Below are positions 29,130 to 40,591 of a DNA stretch of 50,984 bases, one piece after another. The notes below the pieces were generated by a model. That model was given only the letters and a program-made list of their open reading frames with translations. It had not been told where the DNA came from and searched no databases. Location of the stretch: NCBI GenBank assembly GCA_040222015.1, contig JAVJWO010000009.1, forward strand, positions 1 to 50,984. The letters run 5' to 3'. The stretch comes from Coleofasciculus chthonoplastes F2-STO-03 (lineage in GTDB: Bacteria; Cyanobacteriota; Cyanobacteriia; Cyanobacteriales; Coleofasciculaceae). The translations under genes and the position numbers were made by a program. The first letter of the stretch is position 1. The number at the start of each line of letters is the position of its first letter.

Positions 29130-29690
29130 TTAAAGGCGATGACGAATAGTCGCTACTACGGGTAAAGACTCTAATCCTTGTTTAACGAGTTCTGGAATTT
29201 GGCTGAGGCAATCAACAATGGTGTTAGCAAAATTGTACTGCGGATTATCACCATAGTTTACCGTTAAATAGTGCAGTAATTCTAAGGCGTAGTCTGGATA
29301 ATCTAAGATATCAGCGACACAGGCTAATTTTATCCCATCGCGCATCCCCCTAAACCTGTCTAAGTAAGGTTGATTCGGTGGATATAACGAACTGCAATGG
29401 ACACCTTGAGTTACATAAAGCGTGGATTCACCAACAGCTTTTGATAAAGCTAAGGGAATATGTTTTTCAGTCCAACTGATGTTTCTCGATTCAAGCTCGG
29501 CATTAGCCGCATCACAAGCATCAGCATCGGCATCAAAACCATAAATTGTTAGGTTAGGAGCTAATTCAGCCCAATTTCCAGAACCATAATCATCATTAGG
29601 TAGTATCTTGCGAGACCCAACAATGCCTATTGTCATCTGGACTTGTTCAAGCTGACCCTTTTCTTTTAGTTTTTTAATAAATAGAGACAT
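29130..29690 (-). pseudogene. FkbM-like methyltransferase, apparently with an in-frame internal deletion
   Basis: VGSR...IYGFDAD...TLYVT...SSLYPPN N-terminus joined to KLACVADILDYPDYALE tail; no KxDxQG core visible. Confidence 0.6.
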
Positions 29691-29749
29691 AATTCAAATC
29701 CGATCTCATCTTATTGATGCTGGGCAAGAATGGAGCATGAGTCAAGGGG

Positions 29750-30913
29750 TTAGGTTAACTTCTCGTGAAAGCGCTGGCTAACCGCTGCCAGGTTTTCTTT
29801 GGCAGGAGCATAATCCGGATCAAAAGACAGCGCCAGTTTAAACGCTTCCATAGCTTTGTCAAACTGTTTCAATTCCAGATAAGTCAGACCTAGGTCGCAG
29901 CTAGGCAACACCGTCATGAAGTGCTGATCAAAAGGTTCGCGCTTATCGTAACTCCTATCTTGACCCATTTGGAGACATTTCTCAAAGTAAGCAGTTGCTC
30001 CCAGGGGAAATCCTAACTCTCTGAGCAAAATACCCGTGAGATGATTCAGAGGCGGATAATTGGGAAACCACTCTAAGCCGCGCTGACAGAGGAGTAGGGT
30101 CGTTTCGTAGTCTTGGTGTGCGTGTAAAAAATTCGCACCTATGGTAAACAGCAAAGCCCGGAGGCGAGCCGTTTCTTCCGGTAAGGTTCCGGTGATTAAG
30201 TTGGGAGTTAAGCGCTCAAAGGCTTCTGCCCAGCACTCTTGGGCTTTTTCGAGTTGATCAGTACGGAGATAGGCATCAGCCAGAGTTCCCAGCAGCAACA
30301 AACTGAGGGTTTCTTGCTGTCGAACACGTTCGAGTAGGGGAATGTCGCGAGTTAGATGTTTTTCCAGCAGTTGCTCATTGCTATAGCCATAGTGCAGTAT
30401 CTTGACTCCGGGTAATGTTTTGATGGCACTATCCTTGATGAGCTGGTTGTGATATTTAAGCTGTTCGTGGTAACGCCCTGTATACCTCAACTCTGGTAAA
30501 TTGCGAAAGAGTCTGAGGGTAGGGAGGGCGGTAATGGGTTGATGAATATCTGTCAAAAATAACCAGTAGGCTAGCATATCTGGAGCTAGGGTGAGTTGGT
30601 TGTGCCAATCTTGGGTTTCAACGACTAACTCTTCATCCGCATCGAGCATGAGAATCCAATCTCCTGCAGCTTGGTTTATCGCGTAGTTACGAGCGGCGGC
30701 AAAGTCGTCGCACCAGGTAAAATGTTTAACCTGCGCTCCGTACTGGTGAGCGACTTCAATCGTCTTGTCATCAGAGCCAGTATCGACGACAATGATTTCA
30801 TCGACATAAGGTTGAATGCTGGATAGACATCGAGGCAGGTTGTGCTGTTCGTTTTTAACAATTGTGCAGAATGATACAATCATTTCGGGTAAAGACTCCC
30901 AGGTACTAAACAT
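29750..30913 (-). CDS. GT2 glycosyltransferase with C-terminal TPRs
   Basis: IVKNE, VVDTGSDD, DDFAAARN, LDADE, LHYGY; the start may be 30883. Confidence 0.92.
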   Translation of the reverse strand: MFSTWESLPEMIVSFCTIVKNEQHNLPRCLSSIQPYVDEIIVVDTGSDDKTIEVAHQYGAQVKHFTWCDDFAAARNYAINQAAGDWILMLDADEELVVETQDWHNQLTLAPDMLAYWLFLTDIHQPITALPTLRLFRNLPELRYTGRYHEQLKYHNQLIKDSAIKTLPGVKILHYGYSNEQLLEKHLTRDIPLLERVRQQETLSLLLLGTLADAYLRTDQLEKAQECWAEAFERLTPNLITGTLPEETARLRALLFTIGANFLHAHQDYETTLLLCQRGLEWFPNYPPLNHLTGILLRELGFPLGATAYFEKCLQMGQDRSYDKREPFDQHFMTVLPSCDLGLTYLELKQFDKAMEAFKLALSFDPDYAPAKENLAAVSQRFHEKLT

Positions 30914-30920
30914 CTAGCGG

Positions 30921-31038
30921 GGCGGTTGAAACCGCAGCTACACAGACCAAACCCGCCTTCGCGGGTTAAAAAAACCCTAATTTTGCGGTTAGTCCGCGTA
31001 GGCGGACTTTGTTTGTATAGCTGCGATTTTAATCGCCA
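30921..31038. repeat. Long imperfect inverted repeat with nested hairpins (dispersed cyanobacterial element)
   Basis: GGCGGTTGAAACCGCAGCTACACAGAC ... GTTTGTATAGCTGCGATTTTAATCGCC. Confidence 0.75.
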
Positions 31039-31132
31039 GGGCTTAAGTTAACTAAATTAATTTTTTCTTGAGAGAGGCTACATAAATCATTTTACATGAC
31101 TCCACCAGAAGTTAGTATTAAAGAGTATATCA

Positions 31133-32455
31133 ATGGATAATCAAAACCCTGATTTATTAGAAAAAATTCGTCAGCAATTTGAAACGAGTCCTTATCCCAT
31201 CAATCCCCTAGAACATTCTCCAAAAACTGATAGCTCATGGCTGTATATCCAAAATTTAATCACTCCCTATTATCTGAGAAATCAAAGAGTCCTTGAAACG
31301 CCAGGAAAAATTATTTTAGACGCAGGCTGTGGCACAGGATACTCATCCTTAGTTTTAGCTGAAGCGAATCCGGGCGCACAGATTATTGGTGTTGACTTAT
31401 CCGAAAAGTCAGTTGCTATTGCCCAACAGAGATTACAGGTTCATGGATTTGAGAAAGCTGAGTTCTATCCTATATCCATTGAAGAATTACCCAAACTTGG
31501 CAAAGAATTTGATTATATCAACTGTGATGAAGTTCTTTATCTCTTGCCTAACCCGGTGAGCGCCTTGCAGATAATGCGGTCAGTCTTAAAACCTGAGGGG
31601 ATCATTCGCAGCAATCTTCATAGCTCCGTTAATCGCTTCCCTTATTTTCGTGCCCAGGAATTATTTAAAATGATGGGTTTGATGGATGATACTCCCCAAG
31701 ACATGGCGATGGAACTGGTTTGTGAGACAATGAAAGCCTTAAAAGACCAAGTGCTGCTCAAGAGGCAAACTTGGAATGCGTCGTTTGAAGTGAACAGAAA
31801 TAATATTTTAACCAATTATTTGCTTCAGGGTGATAAAGGCTTCACTATTCCGGAAATGTTCTCTATCTTAGAGGCGTCTGGATTAGAATTCATTAGCATG
31901 GTGAATTGGCGGCAATGGGACTTAATCAGCCTATTCAAAGAGCCAGACGATTTGCCCGTGTTTTTGGGAATGAGCTTACCAGAGACTTCTCTACAGGAGC
32001 GGCTGCATCTATTTGAACTCTTACATCCGGTTCACCGACTGCTGGACTTTTGGTGTGGGCATCCCCATCAAGCTCAATCCTGGATACCTGTTACCGAATG
32101 GACGAATTCTGACTGGCAGGACGTCCGGGTGCATTTGCATCCTCAGCTCAGAACACCAGCCGTGAGGGATGAAATGATCAGGTGTATCACTCAACTCAAC
32201 CCGTTTGAAATCAGTAAGCATCTGCCCTTGAGGGGAGTGCAGTCCTTGCTAGATAGTACCATCGCCGCTTGCCTATTGCCCCTGTTGGAATCGGCTCAGC
32301 CGATGTCATCTCTGGTAGAACGATGGCAGCAATTGCGCCCTGTGCATCCCCTCACCTTGGAAGCGACTACACCAGAGGAGGCTTTTGAACTGGTGAGACA
32401 AGCCCTGACTGGGTTAGAGGATCATGGCTATGTGCTGCTAGAACGCCAATCTTGA
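31133..32455 (+). CDS. Class I SAM-dependent methyltransferase
   Basis: ILDAGCGTG, IIGVDLS, FDYINCDEVLY, LKPEG. Confidence 0.9.
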   Translation: MDNQNPDLLEKIRQQFETSPYPINPLEHSPKTDSSWLYIQNLITPYYLRNQRVLETPGKIILDAGCGTGYSSLVLAEANPGAQIIGVDLSEKSVAIAQQRLQVHGFEKAEFYPISIEELPKLGKEFDYINCDEVLYLLPNPVSALQIMRSVLKPEGIIRSNLHSSVNRFPYFRAQELFKMMGLMDDTPQDMAMELVCETMKALKDQVLLKRQTWNASFEVNRNNILTNYLLQGDKGFTIPEMFSILEASGLEFISMVNWRQWDLISLFKEPDDLPVFLGMSLPETSLQERLHLFELLHPVHRLLDFWCGHPHQAQSWIPVTEWTNSDWQDVRVHLHPQLRTPAVRDEMIRCITQLNPFEISKHLPLRGVQSLLDSTIAACLLPLLESAQPMSSLVERWQQLRPVHPLTLEATTPEEAFELVRQALTGLEDHGYVLLERQS

Positions 32456-32516
32456 GGGATTGGGAACCCGGAGAAAAATTTTTTTGCGGCGTGATGATCG
32501 GAAATCTGGCAGAAGT

Positions 32517-32523
32517 GGGTAAG
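32517..32523 (+). promoter_or_regulatory. SigF-type promoter element of pilA
   Basis: GGGTAAG about 55 nt upstream of the pilin ATG, matching the motif known for cyanobacterial pilA1 promoters. Confidence 0.65.
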
Positions 32524-32576
32524 CTACATCCAGGAGATAAAACTTAAGCATCCCGCACCTCAAGGAGAAACCGCTC

Positions 32577-33119
32577 ATGAAAACTGAACTCAAAGCCAAG
32601 TTCCTGCAACACCTGAACCAGAAAAAACAAGATGATGGGGGATTTACCCTCATTGAACTACTCGTTGTTATCATTATTATCGGTATTCTATCGGCTATTG
32701 CCCTTCCCTCCTTCCTCAACCAGGCAAACAAAGCCAAGCAGTCGGAAGCTAAGCAATACGCTGGCTCTATGAATAGAGCGCAACAAGCCTACTATTTGGA
32801 AAAGAGTGGCTTTTCAAACGAAATTGGTCAACTAGGTCTTGGTATCACTACCCAAAGTGCCAACTACCAGTACTCAATTGTTGAAAACACAGCTAGTACC
32901 GCCGTAAGCAATGAAGCAATATCTTTGAAACCAGCTCTCAAGTCTTATGTAGGAGGTGTGAAGCTGGGTACAGTTGCAGCAACAAGTGAGGCAACCACTC
33001 TAGCTATCTTGTGTGAAAGCAATAATGTTGGCATACGAACCACTCCATTGGGTGGTGCGACTTTTAGCGGTAATGAACCAGTCTGTAATACCGGTAGTAA
33101 CTGGGAGCGTCTTGAATGA
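32577..33119 (+). CDS. pilA: Type IV major pilin
   Basis: Class III signal GG|FTLIELLVVIIIIGILSAIALP; C-terminal Cys pair; AAGGAG RBS. Confidence 0.93.
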   Translation: MKTELKAKFLQHLNQKKQDDGGFTLIELLVVIIIIGILSAIALPSFLNQANKAKQSEAKQYAGSMNRAQQAYYLEKSGFSNEIGQLGLGITTQSANYQYSIVENTASTAVSNEAISLKPALKSYVGGVKLGTVAATSEATTLAILCESNNVGIRTTPLGGATFSGNEPVCNTGSNWERLE

Positions 33120-33162
33120 TAAAGTAATACTTTTGATTTTTCAATCAAGTCTCCAGTTTTCT

Positions 33163-33192
33163 GAGAGTGGGTAGAGTTCTCTACCCACTCTC
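33163..33192 (+). terminator. Perfect stem-loop downstream of pilA, no U-tract
   Basis: GAGAGTGGGTAGAG-TT-CTCTACCCACTCTC. Confidence 0.7.
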
Positions 33193-33281
33193 TGTATCCA
33201 CTGTAAAGCGACCCGCTCACCACCCCATCACTCCCATAAGTTGATTGTTTAAGGACTGAATGTTTTTCGTGGTTTTAAATC

Positions 33282-35495
33282 ATGATTGCTAAGGCTTTTT
33301 CTTCTGATCATGCTGATTGGCAACAGCAAGCCAGTAAGTATTTAACTACAGGCAACTATACCAAAGCAGCACAACTATATGAGCAAGCGATTATCGCAGA
33401 CCCTACTGTCCAATCTAACTACTGGCATTTGGGACTAACATTCTTGCTACAAGGTCAAGAAATAGAAGCTCAAACCACTTGGATGCTGGCGATGGGGGAG
33501 GGTGAACCTGAACAAATAGACCAATGGGCAGAGGAACTAATTCAGGTTTTGAGGACAGAAGCAGAACGACGACAGTCTATTAAAGATTATCCAGTTGCCT
33601 GGGCAATCTGCCAACATATCCGGGAGATTACTCCAGCCAATATTGATAATCTATTGTATTTAATTCATCTATCTATCCAGCTAGAGACATTTACTGGAGA
33701 TGAACTAACAGATTTGGGAGTCATTGAACTGCTACAGAGTCAGCAAACGGTAGAGTTTGATACTAATTTACTCTTGCAAGTCTTACGAAGTATTTTAAAC
33801 TACGCGCCGTTAACTCCGTCAACGTTTGAATTTGCTCAAGCTTGTTCACCTTACATCCCTAATTCTAAGGCTTTAATTAAGGTATTACTATCCGCTGCTC
33901 ACCACATTGCTTTTACTCGACTAGAGTTTGCCCTAGCCGCACGTTTTCTAGAACTCTGTCTGCAAATAGATGAGCGCCACCTAGAAGCTTTATGGCTTCT
34001 AGCGAACTGTTACCAAAAATCGGGTCAGCATGAGCAGGGTATCGAAACGGCTAAATTAGCCTATTCCATTTGTCAAAATTTACCTGATAAGATTTTTTCT
34101 AATTTTCATCTCCTCCGCTGTTTGATGGAAGCTGGGGGAAAGTGGGCAGAATCTGTTTTGATATGTCAACGACAGGAATCGTTACTGGAATCACTGTTTG
34201 AAGAAAACCCTCAAAATCTGGATCAGGGTAGGACATTGCGACTCATCAATTCTACCTTCTTTTTCCCTTACTTTCGCGATACTCCCAAAATTAATCAACG
34301 TCTGAAAAATCAGCTATCTCAGCTGTGTCAGTCTAATATTGAAGTTTATGCTAATCGCTCATTCTCTCAGCAAAAAATTGCAAAAGCTTCTAAACCATTG
34401 AAAATTGGTTACCTTTCTAGTTACTTAAGAACTCATTCTGTAGGCTGGCTAATACGATGGCTGTTTCATTATCACAACCATCATCATTTTCAAGTTTATA
34501 CCTACTTCGTTAACTATAAACAAATCAATGACCCTCTCCAAGACTGGTATATCGAAAAGTCTGATCAATCCTATGATGGAGGATTTAAGGGTTTAGAGAT
34601 AGCTGAAAAAATTTGTAGGGATGAAATCGATATTTTAATTGATCTAGATAGCCTAACCTTGGATATATCCTGTGAGGTGATGGCACTAAAACCTGCTCCC
34701 ATTCAAGTCACTTGGCTAGGTTGGGATGCATCAGGGATACCTGCCATCGATTATTATATTGCTGATCCTTATGTCTTACCAGAGTCTGCCCAGGATTACT
34801 ATAGAGAAAAAATCTGGCGCTTACCCCAAACCTATATCGCTGTTGATGGTTTTGAAGTTGCTGTGCCGACTTTGCGCCGCGATGAGCTAGATATTCCTGG
34901 CGATGCCGTGGTATATGTCAGCGCTCAGACAGGATACAAGCGGCATTTAGACACTGTAAGATTACAGATGCAGATTATTAAAGCGGTTCCGAATAGCTAC
35001 TTCTTAATCAAAGGAGCGGGAGATCAAGAATCGCTCAAAAACTTCTTTATCCAAATTGCCGAAGCAGAAGGAGTCAGTCCAGAGCGCTTACGTTTTTTGT
35101 CAATCACTCCATCTGAGGCGATTCACCGAGCCAATTTGAGTATTGCTGATGTTGTGTTAGATACTTATCCTTACAATGGAGCAACTACAACTCTAGAAAC
35201 ATTGTGGAGGGGTATTCCCTTAGTTACACGAGTTGGACAGCAATTTGCAGCTCGTAACAGTTATACCATGATGATGAATGTAGGTGTTACAGAAGGCATT
35301 GCTTGGACTGATGAAGAGTATGTAGAGTGGGGAGTGCGCTTAGGCAAAGATGAAACATTGCGACAAGAAATTGCCTGGAAACTACGAAAGTCGCGACACA
35401 CCGCCCCTCTTTGGAATGCCAAACAGTTTACCCGTGAAATGGAAAATGCCTATGAACAAATGTGGAAAACTTATTTTATTAGTAGCCAAGGTTAA
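33282..35495 (+). CDS. ogtA: OgtA-like O-GlcNAc transferase (GT41/SPINDLY family) with TPRs
   Basis: LKIGYLS, HSVGWL, KPAPIQVTWLG, VLDTYPYNGATTTLE; directly downstream of pilA. Confidence 0.85.
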   Translation: MIAKAFSSDHADWQQQASKYLTTGNYTKAAQLYEQAIIADPTVQSNYWHLGLTFLLQGQEIEAQTTWMLAMGEGEPEQIDQWAEELIQVLRTEAERRQSIKDYPVAWAICQHIREITPANIDNLLYLIHLSIQLETFTGDELTDLGVIELLQSQQTVEFDTNLLLQVLRSILNYAPLTPSTFEFAQACSPYIPNSKALIKVLLSAAHHIAFTRLEFALAARFLELCLQIDERHLEALWLLANCYQKSGQHEQGIETAKLAYSICQNLPDKIFSNFHLLRCLMEAGGKWAESVLICQRQESLLESLFEENPQNLDQGRTLRLINSTFFFPYFRDTPKINQRLKNQLSQLCQSNIEVYANRSFSQQKIAKASKPLKIGYLSSYLRTHSVGWLIRWLFHYHNHHHFQVYTYFVNYKQINDPLQDWYIEKSDQSYDGGFKGLEIAEKICRDEIDILIDLDSLTLDISCEVMALKPAPIQVTWLGWDASGIPAIDYYIADPYVLPESAQDYYREKIWRLPQTYIAVDGFEVAVPTLRRDELDIPGDAVVYVSAQTGYKRHLDTVRLQMQIIKAVPNSYFLIKGAGDQESLKNFFIQIAEAEGVSPERLRFLSITPSEAIHRANLSIADVVLDTYPYNGATTTLETLWRGIPLVTRVGQQFAARNSYTMMMNVGVTEGIAWTDEEYVEWGVRLGKDETLRQEIAWKLRKSRHTAPLWNAKQFTREMENAYEQMWKTYFISSQG

Positions 35496-35579
35496 ACCGA
35501 AGTAGTTAGCAGAGTGTACTTGGTTACATAAAACATTAGAAAAAATTATTCATTTTGTGATTTTCTGAAATAGATTAAT

Positions 35580-36994
35580 ATGAAAAATCAATTCGTTATT
35601 ATATTAAAAAATCAACATTATAGTATCATATTTCTTGTAATATTAGTATTCTGGTTTCTCATCTTTATTACGAGTGGTTCCCTTTTTTCTGGATATCACT
35701 TTACAGATGATCATGAAATTGTTGCGATAAATTTTGATGTAGAAATTGAGAAAATAAATATAATTGAATTATTTATTCAATGGATTAAAAAAGACTTAAT
35801 TTCTGGCAGACTCCGACCCTTCTATTATATTCATAGAATAATAGAAACAAGAGTTTTTGGACTAAATTTTAGTTTGTGGTCTATTTACACTGGATTATTA
35901 GGTTCCTTGCAGTGCTAAGTGAGAAAGAGAATCATAAATTTTTATATGAAATATTACTAATAGTCCTGGTGTTAATGATGTCTTTGTCGAAAGAAAGTTT
36001 TATTCTTATCATTCCAGCTATCGCATTTATTAAAATTTGGATGTCTCATCACTTTCAAACAGTATCATGGCAGCAAGCTATAGTACAAAACTTTTTATCA
36101 ATTGCTCTTTTAGGATTAATTATTGTATCCGAAATTATAGTATTAATTTTTTTTGTAGGACTAACTCCTGATATCGGCTACGCCGGAATTGATAAATTTA
36201 GTATTTCAAGAATTATCAGTGCCGCTAAAGACTTACACCAGGCAGGAGATGGGTGGATAGCATTAGCTAGTTTATTAGCAATACTATTATTAGGTATGCG
36301 TCATTCGTTTCCAGCGATACTCAGAACTTTAAAGTCTCTATATCTTTATCTGACTTTATTCTTCTTAGTGGTAGTACCTCAAATCTTACTCTATGCAAAA
36401 TCTGGTATCTCTCACCGCTACATATTACCAGGAATCATAGGTTATTCGTTCTTACTCATAGCTCTTTATAGTTTACTGAACCAAAAGTATAGATTAGTGA
36501 CTAAGTTAATTTTAGTGTTAATCTTAATTAGCCTCGGATCAAAATTGACTTTAGCGTGGGAAGAAGCCCACACTTTTGCGCTCGAAGGTAAATCCACAAA
36601 TGCTTTACTGGAAACTATAGAAAAAAACACTACAACGAATGACCCAATTGTAATTGTTACGAACCCCACTATCTATTATGAATGGACTTTTTCAATTAAA
36701 AAATATCTTGATTATGTTTCTCAAAGACATAACTTATATTTAGATGCCTATGGAAACCCAAAAAGTAAATTTTATATAAAAGTAGAAAGCTATTATAATT
36801 ATAATACTTTAACTCAATTAAACAATAAAAGTAGAGTTCGTTGCATTATTGCCTTCCCAGAAATGAAAAGAATATTTTTAAAAAATTCATATAATTGGTT
36901 TGCAAAAGATAATTTTGCAGAATATGAATTTAGCCATTTTAACCGAAATTTAAATAAAAATTCAAAGATTTATCTTTACTGTAAAAAGACATAA
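35580..36994 (+). pseudogene. Polytopic membrane protein (GT-C-like), split into two frames (35580-35918 and 35876-36994)
   Basis: YHFTDD...GRLRP in ORF1; SKES and RYILP in ORF2; frame change near 35900. Confidence 0.6.
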
Positions 36995-37017
36995 AGTTTT
37001 ACTCCTTATTACTACAT

Positions 37018-39975
37018 TTATGGAATAAACTGCTCGATTTTTTGATTTACAAAACTGTCTGTCGAATAAAATGGAATGCTATCAGCTTTGACTTTTGCAA
37101 TCGCTTGCTTATTTTCATACTCTAAAACAAGCCGAGCTTTGAGGCGAGGTAAAAGGGCTTCCCATTGAATTATACTCAACCTTCCCACTAGCGAAATATT
37201 TACACTGTCACTAATATCCAAATCTTCTTGCATAAGAAGATTCATCACGATACCAGATAAAAGGAAATTGGCTTCCTCATCAGCAATGCCACTGGTGTCT
37301 ATGAGGAGTGTCATATCGCTTCTTTGGGAATGTGTAGCAACTGATCTCATAGCTTCTTCTAAGTCTCTTCCGATTACCTCTTCCGGTTGAGACCAATCTG
37401 GGAAGATAATTAAATTAATGTCTCTCAGATTTAAAGGCAAGAGGGTAGCATCAACCAAAGCCGCACTAACGATTTCTGCCATTTTTGACCATGAGAATTT
37501 TTTCGCTTGTGCCAAACCCGCCGCAATTAACGAGTTGCGAACATCGGGTTTTTGCACATCACAAAGCGCATTCGTTAGTTCATTACTATCAGTGTCATTC
37601 ACATATAATGCCGCTTCCCCAGCCACTTCAGGAATAGATGCATTGGCACAAGTTATCACTGGACAACCACAAGCCATTGCCTCCAAAATTGGCAATCCAA
37701 ACCCTTCATACTTTGAGGGATAAACTAATGAAACAGCACCAGAATACGCGGCTCTCAATTCCTGATCACTAAGTTGCAACATATGGACAACACTACCCGA
37801 CGAATAAGCTCTTAACTCTGGAGAAAGCAGGGAACCGCTACCCGTGCAAACAATATCAAAACCCTGTTTACTATACAGTTGTGCAAAAGCTTGGAAGAAG
37901 AGAATTGTATTCTTATAACCACCTCCAGTACCTACCAGAATAAAATAAGGCTTTGAGATGCCGTATTTCGTGCGGAAACTATTGACTTCTTCCAAATTCG
38001 CTGGATAAAAGCTACTTTTAACTCCACAAGGAGCCACTCTTACCAATTCTGGAGATATCTCAGGGAAAAACCTGACCAAATCACGCGCCGTATTTTCTGA
38101 AATAGCCAGGAAAGCAGACGCCTGTTGAATCGCACGATGCTTTTCTTGCCACATGGGATTATTCATATCCCATCCCAGAACTTCTGGAATCATGTCATAC
38201 GCCATAAACACAGAGGGTGTTGACAGGGGTGTTGTATAGTAAGTAGAAATAAATAAATCAGCGTCTTCCTCATCACAGATTTGCTGTAACATTGTCCGGT
38301 CAGCATCTGTACTGCTATAGTCATAAAGTGGTACACTTCGATAACGGATTCCAGGAATTTGGGGCGCTGTTCCAGATCGGTCAAGTATCACAATATACTT
38401 AGCAAATTCTTTATCTGACCATTCTTCTAGTAACGAAAACCAGACACGGGCAATTCCAGTTTTAAACAGTTGGAAAAATACACCATCAATAATAACTTTA
38501 GGCAAGGACTGATAGTATTTTTTTAAAAAAATCCCACGGTTGCGACTATGCAATGCTAACTGATCGAGTCGCCCATCTCGACCAGTAACGTTGGTTTTGT
38601 GACGAAAAAACTGATCGATATCAGGAATGGGAGTAAGCGGGTATCCTGCTATTTTGGCTCGATGAGACAAGTCTACATCATCCCAATATCCTGGTCCGTA
38701 ATCCTCACACCATCCACCCAAGGCTTGCATTACAGATTTTCTTGCACATAAAGCCCAGCCTTCTAGGTAGTTTTCTCTAATCTCATTCTGGACAAAGCCT
38801 GGTCCTGCGATACCGTCACATGCACAATCACAAAGGTATTTAATTGGTAAATCCAGAATTTCTACATCATTATTTAAAAATAAAACGTATTCGCTTTTTG
38901 CTATATCTAATCCTTGATTATTTGCTGCTGAGAATCCCTGATTATCTTCATTACGAATTAGAATTACATTATGTTTGTTACAAAATTCATTTATTGCAGA
39001 TTTTGCTGCTGGAGTACTACCATTATCTATAAAAATTACTTCAGTATTCTGCAAGTGTTCAAAGTTATTTTCCCATAACTCTAGTAGCTCGCTATGATCC
39101 CACCAAGGTACAACTACACTGACTAAGTTAACTTTGTTTTTATTTTCTTCACTCCCTTTTTCTGGAAAATTACCATTAGCTATAGGTTGATTTAATAATT
39201 GTTTTTTCGGTTTATAAGTTCCAACAAACAATAGTTGATAAGCACATAATTCCAAAAATTCTTCTTCCGAAACATTTGATAGAGCAAGATTACCAACTCT
39301 AACGACACGTTCAGGTTCCTTTGGTCGAAGCGAGTATAATTCTTTCCCTCCTAGATAAAACACTGAATTACATTCAACATCAGCTTGATATAAAAGTTCA
39401 ACAAAATCTTTTTTTGTAAAAAATCTTAAGTGGGTACGATCCAGAATTCCCTCGTCTTGATATTGCCAGGAACCAAGTTCTACAACTTGTCTTAATGTAG
39501 GTAAATGTCTTATATTAGGAATACTTGCAACCATAGTACCATTGAACCTTAGGAAAGCCGCATAGCGACGAGCTATTGTCCAAGGCTCTCTTAAATGTTC
39601 AAGAATATCTGCAAAAATAATGCAATCAAACTCTCCTTGATTAAATGGAGGTTCAAAAGTTTCTAATTCAGAATGGTAAGTCTGATCAAGATTTTTTGTA
39701 GCATAGTAAAAAGCTGAATCATTTAACTCTATTCCAACAATATATCGTCTTGGATTCTGTTCTTTTAAGGCTTTACCTAACATTCCAGCTCCACAACCCA
39801 CATCAAGAATTTTTAGAGCATTTTTGGGTACAACTGAAACTATTTCCTTACGTATATGCCGATAATATTCGGGAAGCTCGCTGAAGGGTTGCACCTTGGA
39901 TAAGTGTTTACTGTTTTGGCTCGTATAGCTATTTATGTCAGGATTCGACATATCTTTTTCCATCCTATAAACCAC
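37018..39975 (-). CDS. Methyltransferase, GT2 and GT4 triple-domain protein
   Basis: LDVGCGAG / ADILEH / [17 protein letters not shown] / NQGFSAANN / [20 protein letters not shown]. Confidence 0.92.
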   Translation of the reverse strand: MVYRMEKDMSNPDINSYTSQNSKHLSKVQPFSELPEYYRHIRKEIVSVVPKNALKILDVGCGAGMLGKALKEQNPRRYIVGIELNDSAFYYATKNLDQTYHSELETFEPPFNQGEFDCIIFADILEHLREPWTIARRYAAFLRFNGTMVASIPNIRHLPTLRQVVELGSWQYQDEGILDRTHLRFFTKKDFVELLYQADVECNSVFYLGGKELYSLRPKEPERVVRVGNLALSNVSEEEFLELCAYQLLFVGTYKPKKQLLNQPIANGNFPEKGSEENKNKVNLVSVVVPWWDHSELLELWENNFEHLQNTEVIFIDNGSTPAAKSAINEFCNKHNVILIRNEDNQGFSAANNQGLDIAKSEYVLFLNNDVEILDLPIKYLCDCACDGIAGPGFVQNEIRENYLEGWALCARKSVMQALGGWCEDYGPGYWDDVDLSHRAKIAGYPLTPIPDIDQFFRHKTNVTGRDGRLDQLALHSRNRGIFLKKYYQSLPKVIIDGVFFQLFKTGIARVWFSLLEEWSDKEFAKYIVILDRSGTAPQIPGIRYRSVPLYDYSSTDADRTMLQQICDEEDADLFISTYYTTPLSTPSVFMAYDMIPEVLGWDMNNPMWQEKHRAIQQASAFLAISENTARDLVRFFPEISPELVRVAPCGVKSSFYPANLEEVNSFRTKYGISKPYFILVGTGGGYKNTILFFQAFAQLYSKQGFDIVCTGSGSLLSPELRAYSSGSVVHMLQLSDQELRAAYSGAVSLVYPSKYEGFGLPILEAMACGCPVITCANASIPEVAGEAALYVNDTDSNELTNALCDVQKPDVRNSLIAAGLAQAKKFSWSKMAEIVSAALVDATLLPLNLRDINLIIFPDWSQPEEVIGRDLEEAMRSVATHSQRSDMTLLIDTSGIADEEANFLLSGIVMNLLMQEDLDISDSVNISLVGRLSIIQWEALLPRLKARLVLEYENKQAIAKVKADSIPFYSTDSFVNQKIEQFIP

Positions 39976-40159
39976 CTTTACTTGTTATTCGCTGGTGTTG
40001 CCCTCACTCAAACTTATAAAAGCTTAGGCTGAGTAGACGTTCGTTGACTAAGTAGATTGAGTTACGAGATACAGACGACTCCTCATGTTAATTTTAATGT
40101 TTATCACTCTCTAAAACAACTGAAAGCTGCTTTGAGATAAGAAATAATAGTGACATTAA

Positions 40160-40591
40160 TTAATTTTCTGCTTCAGGAGAGATTTCTGAGCGATCGCGCT
40201 CTCCACTTCCCTCACTCTCTTCTCCCACCTGCTGCTGTAACTGCTCCAACTGTACCTTATACCCTGCCTCCTGAGGATGCAACTCAACCAACCTTTCCAA
40301 CGGCGCGATCGCACCTTGAGTATCCTGCATCTGTAACCGTATCTCCACCAAGCCTTCCAGCGCCACCCGATTATCCGGTTCCCTCTCTAAAACCAACTCA
40401 TACCCCCGTTCCTTAGCCGCTAGCTGTTGATTAACCGACGTCTCTTCCGGGGTAGCCTTCGTCTGCGGTTGCTGTAAGGCATTACTATAGAGACCAAATA
40501 GCCCATAGCCCGTAGAACCCAGAAAGGCTACCATTGAGCAGACAACCAGAATTCGTTTGAGGGGATTTTCCTTGGGTTTCTTATCCGACAT
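40160..40591 (-). CDS. Small membrane-anchored TPR protein
   Basis: N-terminal TM; GYELVLEREPDN...AIAPLERLVELHP. Confidence 0.8.
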   Translation of the reverse strand: MSDKKPKENPLKRILVVCSMVAFLGSTGYGLFGLYSNALQQPQTKATPEETSVNQQLAAKERGYELVLEREPDNRVALEGLVEIRLQMQDTQGAIAPLERLVELHPQEAGYKVQLEQLQQQVGEESEGSGERDRSEISPEAEN

